Part shown: positions 35,660 to 48,604 of the stretch, piece by piece
Position numbering within the stretch: the stretch's first letter is position 1
Layout of the letters: every line of letters begins with the position of its first letter
Source: Mobula hypostoma
Taxonomy: Eukaryota
Reading direction: 5' to 3'
DNA: 64,000 bases
NCBI RefSeq assembly: GCF_963921235.1
Contig: NC_086108.1
Coordinates: 90,894,001 to 90,958,000, forward strand
Made by a program: the position numbers and the translations under genes
Notes under the pieces: generated by a model
Seen by the model: only the letters and a program-made list of their open reading frames with translations
What the model was told of the DNA's origin: nothing
The model's database searches: none

Positions 35660-36403
35660 AGAAGCAAGTTTCTGATTGTGGACTTCAGAAAAGGTACGAC
35701 AAGGGAGCACACTCCATTCCTCATGGGGCGGGGGGTGGAATCAGAAGTGGAAAGAGCAAGCAATTTCAAATTTCTGGGTGTCAATATCTCGGAGGATCTA
35801 CCCTGAACCCAATATATCGATGTGGCTACAAAGAATGCATGACAGCAGCTTTATTTCATAGGGAGTTCGAGGAGGTTTGGTACTGTATATCACCAAAGAC
35901 ACACAGAAATTTCTGCAGATGTACAGCGGAGAGCATTCTAACTGGGAGTGGGGACACAGGATCAGAATAAGCTGCAAAGAGTTGTAAACTTAGTCATCTC
36001 CATTATGGGCACTGGCCTCCGTAGTATCCAGGACACCTTCAAGGAGCGATGCCTGAAAAAAACGGCATCCATCATTAAGGACCCCCATCACCCAAGCCAT
36101 GTCTTGTTTTCATCGCTACCATCAAGAAGGAAGTACAGAAGCCCAAATGTACACATTCAACATTTCAGGAACAGCTTCTTCCCCCCCTGCCATCCGATTT
36201 CTGAATGGACATTAAACCCATGAACACAACCTCACTACTTTTTTATTTCTACTTTTGCACAACTTATTTAATTTAGCTATTTCGTATAATACTTACTCAC
36301 AGTTTTTTTCTGTATGTTATGTATTGCATTGTGCTGCTGCTGCAAAGTTAACAAATTTCACAGCATACTGCGTGCTGGTGATAGTCAACCTGATTCTGAT
36401 TCT
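35660..36403 (+). mobile_element. Rex1/Babar 3' fragment
   Basis: KLQRVV...ERCLKKTASIIKDPHHPSH.LFS.LPS.RKYRS...FRNSFFP; tail (CTGATT)n. Confidence 0.85.
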
Positions 36404-36964
36404 GCTTTCATCCCATAACTGTAAAGGCAATGGCACAAATGGAAGAAGAACTGGGAGGACTGGGGACGCAGAGGTCCTGCCAAATTTGACAGAAGCATCT
36501 CATGAATGGTTTTTATTTACAAAGAGTCCATAAAAATGGACACTGGGAACTGAGTGAGAGGTAAACCAATAACAGTAGTTGTATGTACAATTTCCAATGC
36601 TTTGGATTCTTCCTGTTACCAGAAATTCTGAGAGAGCCAAAAGCAGAGAAAGGTGAAAGGCATAAGACCGAGGTTGATAGAAAAAGGGTTGGGAGTGGAG
36701 GTGGGTAAGAACCCTGTGATCAGGATGGTGGAGGTTTCCTTGAAGGATTTGCTGGTGGGCTATATGGAAAGATTACTGACCTTGCTGGCCCAGAAATAGT
36801 GTTGAAAGGAGCAGCCATATTTCATCCTCATAGATCCCACCACTTTTCAGTCTTGTATTTCTGAAGGCTTAATAATATCTGGCAGGCACAGTGAAGTTTA
36901 AGCTGCTTCTCATTTGGGAGCTGGATTTGTATGTGCTAAACAAGCATTCTGCTATTCGACAAAG

Positions 36965-37160
36965 CATTCTGCAAAGTTATTGGGTATATTTAAAGTGAGG
37001 GTTGATAGGATTTTAAGTAATAAGGGTGTATGGGTGTCAATTTACAGGGACAAAGCAGGACAATGGTGTTGAGAAAGATGAATAATCAACCATGATGGAA
37101 TGGCGGAGCAGATTGATGTGCTGAATGGACCAATTCTGCTCCTGTGCCTCATGGTCTAAT
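36965..37160 (+). mobile_element. CR1 3' end
   Basis: CAACCATGATGGAATGGCGGAGCAG...ATTCTGCTCCTGTGCCTCATGGTCT. Confidence 0.7.
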
Positions 37161-37689
37161 CCTGTTGTTGGGCATTCAGATGCCTGATTATCTATAGGGT
37201 GTGGATTAAAAGAAGGGAAGCAACAGGTCCATATAGCATACACTCAGGAGGCATGATCCACATTAAAGTGATTGCTCTCCCTTCACTTCACTGACTAATA
37301 CAACCTTCTGCTGCATATTATAGTGAGCTGGGAGCAAATCCACAAGTGAATAAGAAATCTGAAACTTCCAGGCAACGGATATTAATTCTGCTGATAATTC
37401 AGTGATCAATTAGGTACCAAACCTGCTAGTTTTGGAATTAAGGAATAGCTCTAGTTGATGTATTAAGTATGTAGTTACTTTGTTCTGCTCCATCATGTTT
37501 CTGAATGTAAATGCATAATCATGGATAGACCAGTACTCGCAGCTCACTTTGTCCAGTATATTTCTTCCTGAATTCATACTGTCATTTGAGTTGCCTCTTA
37601 ATGTACCAGTGGTTGTTTCTTCAAAATATATTTTAAAAAATTAATACATAATTATGAATTCTGCAAATATGATGGACAAACTCAAAGTA

Positions 37690-39350
37690 TATTGTATCAT
37701 CCTTCACTGTGGAAGACACCATCAGCATGCCAGAAATTTGAGCGTGTTAGGGGGCAGGAGTGAGCATAGATGCTATTGCAAAGGAGAAGATAGTTGGGAA
37801 ACTGAAAGGTCGGAAGGTAAATGAGTCACCTGGACCTGAAGGGACATACCTTAGTATTCTGAAATAGGTAGCTGAAGGGATATTAGTACTGATCTTTCAA
37901 GAAACACTAGATTCTGAAATGGTCTGGAGGAATGGAAAATTGCAAATGTCACTCTGCTCTTCAAAAAGGGAGGGAGGCAAAAGACACAAAATTATAAGAC
38001 ACAAGATTCAGTGGTTGTGAAGATGTTGGAGTCCAATATCAAGATGAGGTTTCTGGGTACTCGGAAGCACATGATAAAATAGTCCAAAGTCAACATGGTT
38101 TCCTTAAAGAGAAATATTGCCTGAAAAATCTGTTGGAATTATTTGACAAAACAGTAGGATAGACAAAGGGGAGGCAGTGATTGTTGTTTACTTGGATTTT
38201 CCGAAAGCCTTTGACAAAGTGTCATACATGAGGCTGATTAACAAGATAAGTGTCCATGGTATTACAGGAAAGATACTAGCATGGATAGAAGATCGGTGGC
38301 TGGCAAGCGGCAAAGAGTAGGAATAAAGGGAGCCTTTTCTGCTTGCCTGTTTGTGACAAGTGGTGTTCCACAGGCTTTGATGTTGGGACTCCTTTTTATG
38401 TTATATGTCAATGTTTGTGGTCAAGTTTGCAGATGATACAAAGAAAGATAGAGCGGCAGGCACTGTTGAGAAAGCAGGAACCTGCAGAAGAGCCATATTA
38501 GAAGAATGGGCAAACAAGTGGCAGATGGCATACAGTGTAGGGAAATGTATGGTCATTCACTTTAGTAAAAGGAATAATGGTGTAGACTATTTTCTAAATG
38601 GGGAGCATATTCAGAAAACAGAGGTGCAAAGCTATTTGGGAGTTTTTGTGCAGAATTCTCTTAAAGTTAACTTGCAGGTTCAGTTGGTGTTAAGGAAGGA
38701 AAATGTAATATTAACATTCATTTTGAAAGGACTGGAATATAAAAGCAAGGATGTAATGCTGAGACTTTATTAGTCAGACCGCACTTGGAGTATTGTGTGC
38801 AGCTTTGGGTTTTTATCTAAGAAAAGATGTGCTGGCATTGGAGAGAGAACCGAAGAGGTTCATGAGAATGGTTCTAGGAATGAAAGCATTAATGTACAAG
38901 GAGCGCTTGATAGCTCTGGGTCTGTACTCACCAGAGTTTAGAAGAATGATTGGAGGGGGTGGGGTGCAGCATCTTATTTAAACCTACTGAATATTCAAAG
39001 GCTTTGATAGAGTGGGCATAGAAAGGATGTTGCCCATAGTTGGGGAGTCTCGGACCAGAAGCCATGTACTCAGAATAGAAGTCCATCCCTTTAGAGTGGA
39101 GAAGAGGGGGACTTTTTTTTTGCCAGGGGATGATGAGTCTGTGGAATTCATTGCCTCAGATGGTTGTGGAGGCCAAGTCAGAGAGTATATTTAAAGTGGA
39201 GTTTGATAGGTTCTTGATTAGTGAAAGTGTCAATGGTTATGGAAAGAAGGCAGGAGAATAGGGTTGAGAGGGATAATAAATCAGCCATGATGTAATGGAA
39301 GAACAGATTTGATGGATTGAGTTGCCTAATTTGGTTCCAATGTCTTAAGT
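37690..39350 (+). mobile_element. CR1 LINE RT region and 3' end (decayed)
   Basis: EWKIANVTLLFKKG; QHGFLK; VYLDFPKAFDKV; SGVPQ; KFADDTK; EEWANKWQMAYSVGKC; CR1 3' UTR. Confidence 0.9.
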
Positions 39351-39759
39351 TATTCAAAAACTTTACGTTTTTGTTTGATAATCATTGGATATAGAAGGCA
39401 CAGGTGAATGTTGTTTATTGTGTATTGTAAATTGTGTAGGCAAGTAATAGTCAAGCATTTTGAGTACTTTGAAGTCATGACACTAGAGGAGTAGGACTGG
39501 CAGATTTCCTTTCTTGAGGAACATTAGTGAATCAGAGATGTTATTAAGCAACCATCCTATATGTTCATGGTAGATATAATTTCTGGCCTAGTTAAATACT
39601 TGAATTTTAATTCCCAGCTCTGTTAATGGGATTTCATCTCATGTATCCAGTAAACAGGTCTCACCTCCGAATGCTCACCCTCTAAATAAATGACTATGTT
39701 GGCATACTGCTTCAAGGATCTTACAGTATCTACTTTGCACTACAGTCAGTGATTGTAGG

Positions 39760-40270
39760 TGATGCCTCAAAAGAGCGGCATCCATCATTAAGGACTCTCC
39801 TCACCAGGACATGAAGAAGAAGAAAGCCCTTATCTCCAAGTGGAGTCATCGGGACACTGTCATGACGGCGTTTTTTTTTAGCAGACTTTCTTGCCGAGTT
39901 GCTAGCTCGACGCTCAACCAGCTCCGAAGTCCGGCGCTGATGCCACTACATCACCAGGACATGCCCTCTTCTTATTACTACCATCAAAGCAGAGGTGCAG
40001 GAGCCTGAAGACATGCACTCAACTCACACAGGAACAGCTCTTCCCCTCCACCATCAGATTTCCAAAGGGCAATGAACCAACCCTTGTACACTACGTCACT
40101 AGTTTTGCTCTCTTTTAGCATACTTACTCATTTTAATTTATATATATTTATTTAATTTATGTATATTTCTTATTGTAAATTAGTTTAATGTATTGCACTG
40201 TACTGCTGCCACAAGATAACAAATTTCATGATATATATCAGTGATATTAAACCTGATTCTGATTCTAATC
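39760..40270 (+). mobile_element. Rex1/Babar 3' fragment with nested mini-SINE
   Basis: GGCATCCATCATTAAGGAC...CCAGGACATGCCCTCTTC; tail (CTGATT)n. Confidence 0.8.
39814..39950 (-). mobile_element. 137-bp SINE with (CTT)n tail
   Basis: Perfect 13-bp TSD TCACCAGGACATG (39801-39813 / 39951-39963); minus-strand head TGTAGTGGCATCAGCGCCGGACTTCGG; CpG-rich. Confidence 0.75.
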
Positions 40271-40547
40271 TGTATGTGAAAGGTTTTGAAAATAAATTTA
40301 TCTTCGCATTTTTCTCCTGAAGTTCTCCCAGCATTTCACTTCATATAAATTATACGTTGATCTGTAAAATCCTTGAAGTTGTATGGCAACATAGTGGTTA
40401 CTGTGATTCAGGGAAATAGGGCAGTGTTTTAAGTTTTTAAAATGCTTCCTAATGATTTTTTAATGATTTTAAATTATTCCTTTATATATTTAAGAGTGAT
40501 TTCCTGGTGAAGTTTCATATCTTAAACCAGACTTATCACAAAACATA

Positions 40548-40945
40548 AGGGGGATAAGGGGTGACTTCATGAAACCTATTGAGTGGTGAAAGGCCTTGAT
40601 AGAGTGGATGTGGAGAGGATGTTTCCTATGGTGGGAGAGTCTAAGACGAGAGGACACAGCCTCAGAATAGAGGGGTGCCATTTTAGAATGGAGATGAGGA
40701 GGAATTTCTTTAACCCGAGAGTGGCATGTTTGTGGAATTCTTTGCCACAGGCAGCTGTGAAAGCCAAGTCTTTATGTATATTGAAGGCAGAAGTTGATAG
40801 ATTCTTGATTGGTCAGGATATGAAGGGATATAGGAGGAAGGCAAGAGATTGGCTGAGAGGAAAATTGCATCAGCTATGATGAAATGGCAGAGCAGACTCA
40901 ATGGGCCAATGGCCTAATTCTGCTCCTGTATCTTATAGTCTTATG
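40548..40945 (+). mobile_element. CR1 3' fragment
   Basis: KGLDRVDVERMFPMVGESKTRGHSLRI...RNFFNPRVACLWNSLP; tail TCTTATAGTCTTATG. Confidence 0.9.
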
Positions 40946-41829
40946 GCCTGAAACATAAGCATTTTAATCAGTAACCAAATGTATGCAACCAGATTTAAGT
41001 AATTGAAATTAAATTTGAAAAGTTTTTCAGAAGGCTCACCTAGTTATGTTAGTACACTGCAGTCGGATGCTTTGTACATGTTTTGCGAAAGTAGTCAACT
41101 CTAAAGACCTTCTCAAAGACATGTATCTGCTGCCATTCATCAACTAGATCTGGGGTGGGGATGGTGTAGGGGGTGAGCTTGTATGTGGTCCCCAGTCCGG
41201 CTCAAACAGTCAAAAATCAGGCAGTAGATCTTAGAAAGTCAGTTTGAGCTGGATCGAACTTGTGGTTGAAATTCTGCAAAACACTGCAATGTTTTAGCCA
41301 ATCCTTAGCTAACTAAACTGTTAAAAAAAATACAAACTAAATACACACTCCAGGCAACAAGTTCATAAATATCTCAATGTTTCTTGCACATTAAACAGAA
41401 TATGTTATAGTCTTCAGGTTTTTACAGCTGTTCATAATTCATATTGGTTTCATTGTATGATATAATCCACTGAAAGATTAATAATAGTTTTCTTTGATAA
41501 CCGTGGTTTGTTTTTAACTCGATTGAACTGTTTGGACATCAGCAAAAACATACACTGTTTCCTTGTAAGTCAGTATAATTAAATAGTTTGCCTAGTAAGT
41601 AAAAGTTTCATACCAAATCATCATGAACTGAATTCAGTGGAACTTACCTCTGCCTACTATTATTCTGCTGTGGGACTGCAAACAATGGAAGTACGAAAGT
41701 TGTTGTCAGTGGTTCCCTACTCCTCCACAGAATACTGTATGCTGTTATCCAAATTTTTCCGGAGTAACCTTCAGAAATCAATCATTCAATGTAACATTCA
41801 CAGATTTAAAGATTATTACTATTTTTAAA

Positions 41830-42200
41830 AGGTCTACAAAATGATAGAGGTCTATGCAATTATGAGACATAGAGAAGGTAGTCAGAATTTTTTCCTCTCT
41901 GAGGATATCAAAAATAAGATGGTATTGCTTTAAGGTGAGAGGAAGGAATTTTGAAGAAGTCTAAGAGGAAAAGTTTTCTTTCCACAGGGAGTATTGATAT
42001 TTCAAAATCTTTCCTAGAAGACATTATGGAATCAGACACAATCATTACATTTAAAAGACATTTAAATAGGCACTTGAACAGATGTGGTGGCATAAAATGA
42101 TCTACAGTACGTAAATGGGATTAATATGGATGGACAAAATATCAGCAAGGGCATAATGGGCTGTAGCCCCTGTTTCTGCGCTGTACAAGTCTATAAATCT
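41830..42200 (+). mobile_element. CR1 3' fragment (old)
   Basis: GCTTTAAGGTGAGAGG...ACATTTAAAAGACATTTAAATAGGCACTTG...CCTGTTTCTGCGCTGTA. Confidence 0.7.
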
Positions 42201-43945
42201 ATGTGCAAATATGTTCTGCTGCTGTAAGAGGTAGAAGTGAGATTTAGAAAAAAACACGTGAACCATTAATTACTGTTTAACACATGTCAGATAATTCAAA
42301 TAACAATTCAAATACTTCATTATTTTAATTATCAGAAAATGCATACCAGATTCTTTGATATAATATTTTGGTTCAAATGACATTTCCACCATTTGCATAT
42401 TGCAAAGGTTATTTCGCCATTTCAGTTGTTCAAAGTTGCAATTCTAATAAATACTCAGAGTGTCTCTCTGTTATGAATACTTCTAAACATATCTTAGAAA
42501 GCCTGATATTTTGTATGAGATAAATTAAGTCAGTAATGAATATGGTGATGCGAGTTGTCTGAGGATAGGCTATAATTTACAGGAAAATATGACAATGGTA
42601 TTAGCAGCTAAATGATTTTATAGTCATGTTAAAAAATAATTTTATGTAAGATTTCGTTTCTATAGACCATGTGATGTTTTGAAAATTGATGAAAGTTAAT
42701 GAACTTTTAATAGATTTCAGACTACTTTTCAATCACTGTATTTATCTATGGGTCTGTTTTTCTTTTGTTGATAAAATTTGACTTGTAAATATGAGGGTTT
42801 GCAAATAAATTAATGTGGCTTCAACACATCCTTTAAGCCACTTAACATGCAAATCTAGCGTGAAAATTATTTCATCCTATAAAATGCCAGCATTTGGCAG
42901 ATACAAAGATAAATAATCCTATATTATGGCAACTATATGCTTTATCAAACATATGCAAATCAGTACTAATTAGCACTAATTAAGGTTTTTTTCCTATCTC
43001 CCTGGAAAACTGTCTAAATGTTATGCAATCCAGTTAGCACACTGATTACCCTAATTGTTTTATATTGCTTGATTCTTAATTAAAATATGTAAATTATGGT
43101 TAATTGGTAAATAGTAAAAGAGTTCGGTTCAGGTTTGTCTCATCAGAAAAGAAACACTGGGTTAATGCACTTGATTGGAAGCAATGTTTTTTTTGCAAAA
43201 CTTAACAAGCAACATTGATTAAGTATTTCAATAAATGACTCCTTGTATAATCTAATTAGTAGCAAGCTTCAGTATGTGAAAACATAAAATCTCTGTCCAG
43301 TCGTCTCTCAAGCCTTTCTAGTCAGTGACTTCAACATCAGTATCCTCACTGGACAGCTTCTCCCTCCTCATTATCGTCCCTTCAGTCTTACAGTAGTCTT
43401 AAAAAGCCAAATCAGGAACAACATTTTGGAAAATTTCTTTATGTCAATTAAGCCATTTCCAGGAGGTAAAGAAGATTAGGAGATGCATTTTCCATAATGC
43501 CACTTTCTACTTTCCATATGTAGAAAAAGTATTTTTTCTGTCAAATATGCCCAGTACAACAAAGTTTTAAATTCTGACTCTTTTAGCCCTTGTATTTATG
43601 ATTAATATATATTCTCGTTACTGAGTATAGTGTTTTCTTTATTGCTGCCCCCAAGATTCTGGACATGCACAGAATTATTGTGTTGTTCTTAAAGACAAAG
43701 TACCAACAGTGTTTTCCAAAACAATATATATCAACATGGCACTGCAATAACATAACATGTCCATGTAATAAAACTACAGGTCGAGTGGTGTGTCTGAATT
43801 GCAGATAAGAATCTGATAAAAATTGCTAGATCTTATCAGTGTTGCTGTGTATGGCCCATAACAATTATTACTTGAGCCATCTTCCAGTTTATGTGATGGA
43901 TAAAAAGGTTCACGATGTCACAAGTACAATTATCCAGGTAAAGGA

Positions 43946-44090
43946 ATCACAAGCAAGCAAAAATCTGCAGATGCTAGAAATCAAAGTAATTCACACAAAA
44001 CACTGGAGGAACTCAGCAGACCAGGCAGCATCATCATCATCTTGCTGCCTGGTCTGTTCAGCTCAGTTCTTCCAGCATTTTATGTGTATA
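43946..44090 (-). mobile_element. Fold-back PLE mini-element (hammerhead region deleted)
   Basis: Inverted arms CTGGAGGAACTCAGCAGACCAGGCAGCA / TGCTGCCTGGTCTG...TTCTTCCAG; perfect 14-bp TSD ATCCAGGTAAAGGA (43932-43945 / 44091-44104). Confidence 0.85.
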
Positions 44091-44177
44091 ATCCAGGTAA
44101 AGGAGTTGGTGGGGTGGAACAGCTTCTGAAGATATCTATCCAATTCCACCAATGTTCTTCTAGCTACCTTCATGCAT

Positions 44178-44600
44178 CAAGAATCAGAATGAGAATCAGT
44201 TTTAATATCACCAGCATACGTCATGAAATTTGTGGTGTTTGCAGCAGCAGTACTATACAATACATAATAACAGAAAAAATCATGAATTGCAATTATATAT
44301 ATTTTTAATATTATATATATATATAAGTTAAAGTATTAGTAATATATAAATATCAATTTATAAATAGTGCAAAAATAGAAGTAAAAAAGTGAGTTAGTGC
44401 TCATGGGTTCAATGTCCATTCAGAAATCAGATGGCAAAGGGGAAGAAGCTGTTCCTGAAACATTGAGTGTGTGCCTTCTGTACCTTCTTCCTGATGGTAG
44501 CAATGAGAACAAGGCATGACCTGGGTGATGGGGGCCTTAATGATGGATTCCATCTTTTTGAGGCATCACACCTTGAGAATGTCCTGTATGTACTCAAACT
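44178..44600 (-). mobile_element. Rex1/Babar 3' fragment
   Basis: Reverse tail AGAATCAGAATGAGAATCAG; FRNSFFPFAI. Confidence 0.8.
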
Positions 44601-44714
44601 AAACAGAAGTATCAATGGATGTGATTCCATCTGTCCCTGGTCTTACAAAATGTGGGTCTGTCTATGAAGTTTCATCCTATTGAACCACACTGTACACTTA
44701 CTCTTCAATAATAT

Positions 44715-45490
44715 TGGTATTGATTTATTATTGTCACCTGTACTAATATACAGTGAAAAGCTTGTCTTGCATTCTGTTCATACAGATCAAATTATTACAC
44801 AGTGCATTTAGCTAGAATAATTTTTTTTTAAATGCAGAATAATATGTAAAAATGACTGAAAAACTGTAGTGAAGGCAAATGATAAAGTGCAAGATCATAA
44901 CAAGAATTCAGGAGTCTTCTAGCAGTTTAATAGAAGCTGTCCTTGGGCATGGTGGTACGTGCTTTCAGGCTTTTGTATCTTCTGCCTGAGGGGAGAGAAA
45001 AGAAGAGATAACATTTGGGGTGGGTGGGATATTTGATTATACTGGCTGTTTTACTGAGGCAGCAAGAAATATGGACAGAGTTCATAGACAAAAGGCTGGT
45101 TCCTCTGATGTGCTGAACTATCTTGTGGTCCCATGTAGAGCAATTGCCATACCAAGCCATAATGCATCCAGACAGAATGCTTTTTTAGTGCATTGATAAA
45201 AAAAAACTGGTAAGAGATGTTGGGGACTTGTCAAATTTCTTTAGCCTCCTGAGGAAGTACAGCTGTTGATGAGTTTTCTTGGCCATGCCATAATCGTGGT
45301 TGGACCAGGACAGACCTAGAAACTTGAAGCTCTCAACTCAACGCTGCTGAATTAGACAGGAGCACATGCACTGCCGTCCGTTTTGAAGTCCATGAGCAGC
45401 TCTCGTGTTTTGTTGACATTGAGGGAAATACTGTTGTAATGACACCATATCACTAAGCTCTCTGTCTCCTTCCTGTGCTCTTAACTCATT
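44715..45490 (-). mobile_element. Rex1/Babar 3' fragment
   Basis: AWYGNCS...KTASIIKYPTHP...LPSGRRYKSLKARTT.PKDSFY; NSISLNVNKT-type motif near 45410-45440. Confidence 0.85.
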
Positions 45491-46556
45491 TGAGATATGA
45501 CCCACTACCATCAACCACAAACCAATTGCAACGCTCTGCACATAATTTTTCAAGATTCCATTTTGGCAATAATCTTTTCCTATAGAAATTGTCAATGTTA
45601 TTTGGATGTTTCGGGACTTACAAATGAACCCAAAGTAAGGCTTAGTAAATGCACACCCATTGTGCACCTGCCCCTGATGTTGCTGCAGCAGGGAAGAGTC
45701 CATTCCCTGTCTCTTTCTCGAATGTTCTTTTGCAAAGTAAGTCTAGACACTTTCTCTTATTATGGTTCATCTCACATCACTTTATAATGTACATTCCCAG
45801 AGCTGCATTCTGAGACAGCAGGAAATGCTGCTGATATCTCATCGACACAATGAAAATGCTGCACAGATCTGCCCAAGATTAACTGGCCTTCCAATACAAG
45901 GAGCTCTCCATTGCACAATTCAGCACCACATGCAAAATTTGCTATAGCCACTCTGAAGGCTTATGGGAATAAGCCACAGTTCAGAGCTCGCCTAGCAGTG
46001 CATACCAAAGGTCAAGAAGCAATATAAAATTCTTTGGCTGTGTGTATCAGAAAATGTTTAATGTCAAGCAATAACTCAATAAGTGGACCAAGGCACTCTG
46101 GAGTACCATGTATAGTATTAACCTAATTGATCTGCAATCCACTGTGCAAAATGCAGCTTTTTGACTATAGAGTGATGCATCTTTTTCAGTTTCATGTACA
46201 AAATATATTTTGGGAGAAATTGAAAGCATAACCACTCATAGCTTTTCAGTATATTTCCAGACTCCAGGCCAGGTTGTTTTTGTTATTGAAAATGCCTATG
46301 TTCAGATGTGTAACCTTTTGCCTCAATATAATTATAACTGCGTTTTATCATTATCAGCAGATAGCTGGCGTCTGGTATCTGTTCACTCAGGCTAGTCCTG
46401 GTGCTAGGCTTAGATGCATGTGCTATGGTTTGTGGGAATCAGTCAGCCTTGCTGGGCTATAATACACATGCAGTCCAACAACAGGGCTTGGTCTTGTTAG
46501 TGTTTCCACAATTGAATCCTGTGCCAGATCAAAACTGGTGCATGTTTCTTTTTAAG

Positions 46557-46882
46557 GGGGCAGCACACTGGTGTACAGTTAGCATGATGCTTTGCTGCAC
46601 CAGCGTTCAACAATCGGTACTTCATTCCCGCTACTGTGTGTATGGAATTTGTATATTTTCCCCGTGACTGTGTGGATTTCCTCCAGGTGCTCCAGTTTCC
46701 TCCCACATTCCAACGACGTATGTGTTAGGGTTAGTAACTTGTGGGCATCCTACACTGGCATCAGAAGCATGGCGACACTTGCAGGCTGCCGCTAGCACAT
46801 CCTCAAACAATTTTGATCATTGACACGAAAGATGCATTTAATGTATGTTTTGATGTACATGTGATAAATCAAGATATACTTA
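46557..46882 (+). mobile_element. tRNA-derived V-SINE
   Basis: V-domain TTCCCCGTGACTGTGTGGATTTCCTCCAGGTGCTCCAGTTTCCTCCCACATTCCAA; degenerate tRNA-like head; tail GATGTACATGTGATAAA. Confidence 0.85.
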
Positions 46883-47168
46883 ACGTCGTTCAAAAAATTA
46901 CATTATTCTGTTTTTGTATAATTCTATCTATTATTATTTAATAATTTTAATATAATTTCACATTTGTCATAAATATCTCTGAACATCAGAGTACTTTTCT
47001 TAAATTAAAAAGCTTTCACAGCTGTTAAAGCCACATACTTTGCCTGCTTTTGAAGGCAAGACTGCTGCCCTCAACTATGAATGATCCATTTACATTTTTG
47101 ACCTTGGGAATGAAGAGTGCCAGTAAAATAAACCATTACATTTAACCTAGGGAGATGTTGCAAGCAGA

Positions 47169-47860
47169 GTTTAAAGTTTGAAGTACATTTATTATCAAAG
47201 TTTGTGTACTTTATACAACCTTGAGATTCATCTCCTTACAGGCAGCCGTGAAACAAAGACACTCAATAGAACCCATTAAAAATAAAAGAAGACTGTCAAA
47301 CACCTGATGTGCGGAGAGAAAGTAAACAAATCCTGCTGATTCTGAAGTCCACAGAATCCGATTCAAAAGGCCTCAGTCCAGCATTGAGTCGAGCAAACCC
47401 CACAGAGCAGCGAGCCAAACCAGCCCATCTCTCACCTCTGACCCCGACCATTTCAATCTGGCCCGACGCTTAAATTGTTCAATCCTCGGGTCATTCCTCG
47501 CCCTTGGGCTCAGGCTCCGTTGCCTCAGTAAGGCCTGTACCTGACCTTTCCAATTCAGCTCGGCTCTTAAATTGATCAAACTTTGGATCTTTCCTTGCCT
47601 TGCTTTGGCTCCGCCATGTTGAATTACCTCCAACCCCACTCCAGCAACTCCAGGCCAGACATGCTGCAACTGTCCTGTCCCAGGAAGACTCCAGCCATAC
47701 CACAAAAATGTTGGTTTGTACAGGCGATTTTGCGTAACACTGACAGGGAAGCCACAGGCCACTGTTTGTGATGATCATTTACCAGAAAAGTGTAAATAAC
47801 AAAGTATTTAGTTGCTTTCTTTGTTGCCCCTGCCACCAGCGAGTTGTCACTCAAACCAGT
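47169..47860 (-). mobile_element. Non-autonomous non-LTR-derived element with Rex1-like tail
   Basis: Reverse tail AAAGTTTGAAGTACATTTATTATCAAAG; GC-rich body. A related fragment lies at 54912-55004 and 55900-56080. Confidence 0.45.
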
Positions 47861-48604
47861 AAGTGGTGACGTTTTTACCCAGAACATAGGTTTAGCACAT
47901 AGGAACTATGGGATGTGACTTCAGAGAGTAGGCCTGGTCTGGCATGAACCAGCCCTTTTCATTCCTGAAAAACCAACTGGCCACTTACCACACAATTCCC
48001 AGTGTTTAGTGTATTTGTCAAATTTGTGCTCCAAAGTATGGTTTAATAACAACTGCAAGTTGCTGATTAATAGATCTCACACTAACTTGGCTTTGCTCTT
48101 GCACTTGTATGCTAATATTAAGTATTTAAAAACAAAGTATAACAACATCTCTCATAGTCAAAAGTCTTCCTTTTGCATTTCCTTAATTAGCCAACATGCA
48201 ATTGATTTGTAGTTTACCAGAGTCAGTCTTTGCTGATTCAGCAGTGTAATTACAAGCTGGTAGCTCATCTACTCTAAATGCTTCTTTAAAAATCAATGCA
48301 GTATTAGTGAGAACATGAATTCAAATTCACTGCATTCCTCTTGAATGCTATTGTGTGTAAGTTCATTTAAGCATTTTTGAGTCTGATCTTTGGGCCTTGT
48401 TGTTTTTACTTTTATTTTCGGATATGCACAAATATAAAATTGGAAATCCTATGAACATTGAGAATTATTTATTGAAGATTATGGCAATGGGTCTAAAAAC
48501 CATGTGCTGCTTTGATAAGGAAGGAAGGAGAATGATGTTGTCATAGCAATATTTTTTGACAGTTGATATTTTTAAGGGAACCTATTTGCTTTGGATGTCA
48601 TTTC

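Noticed and set aside
46557..46640. tRNA gene
   Set aside because: A degenerate SINE head with no intact cloverleaf.
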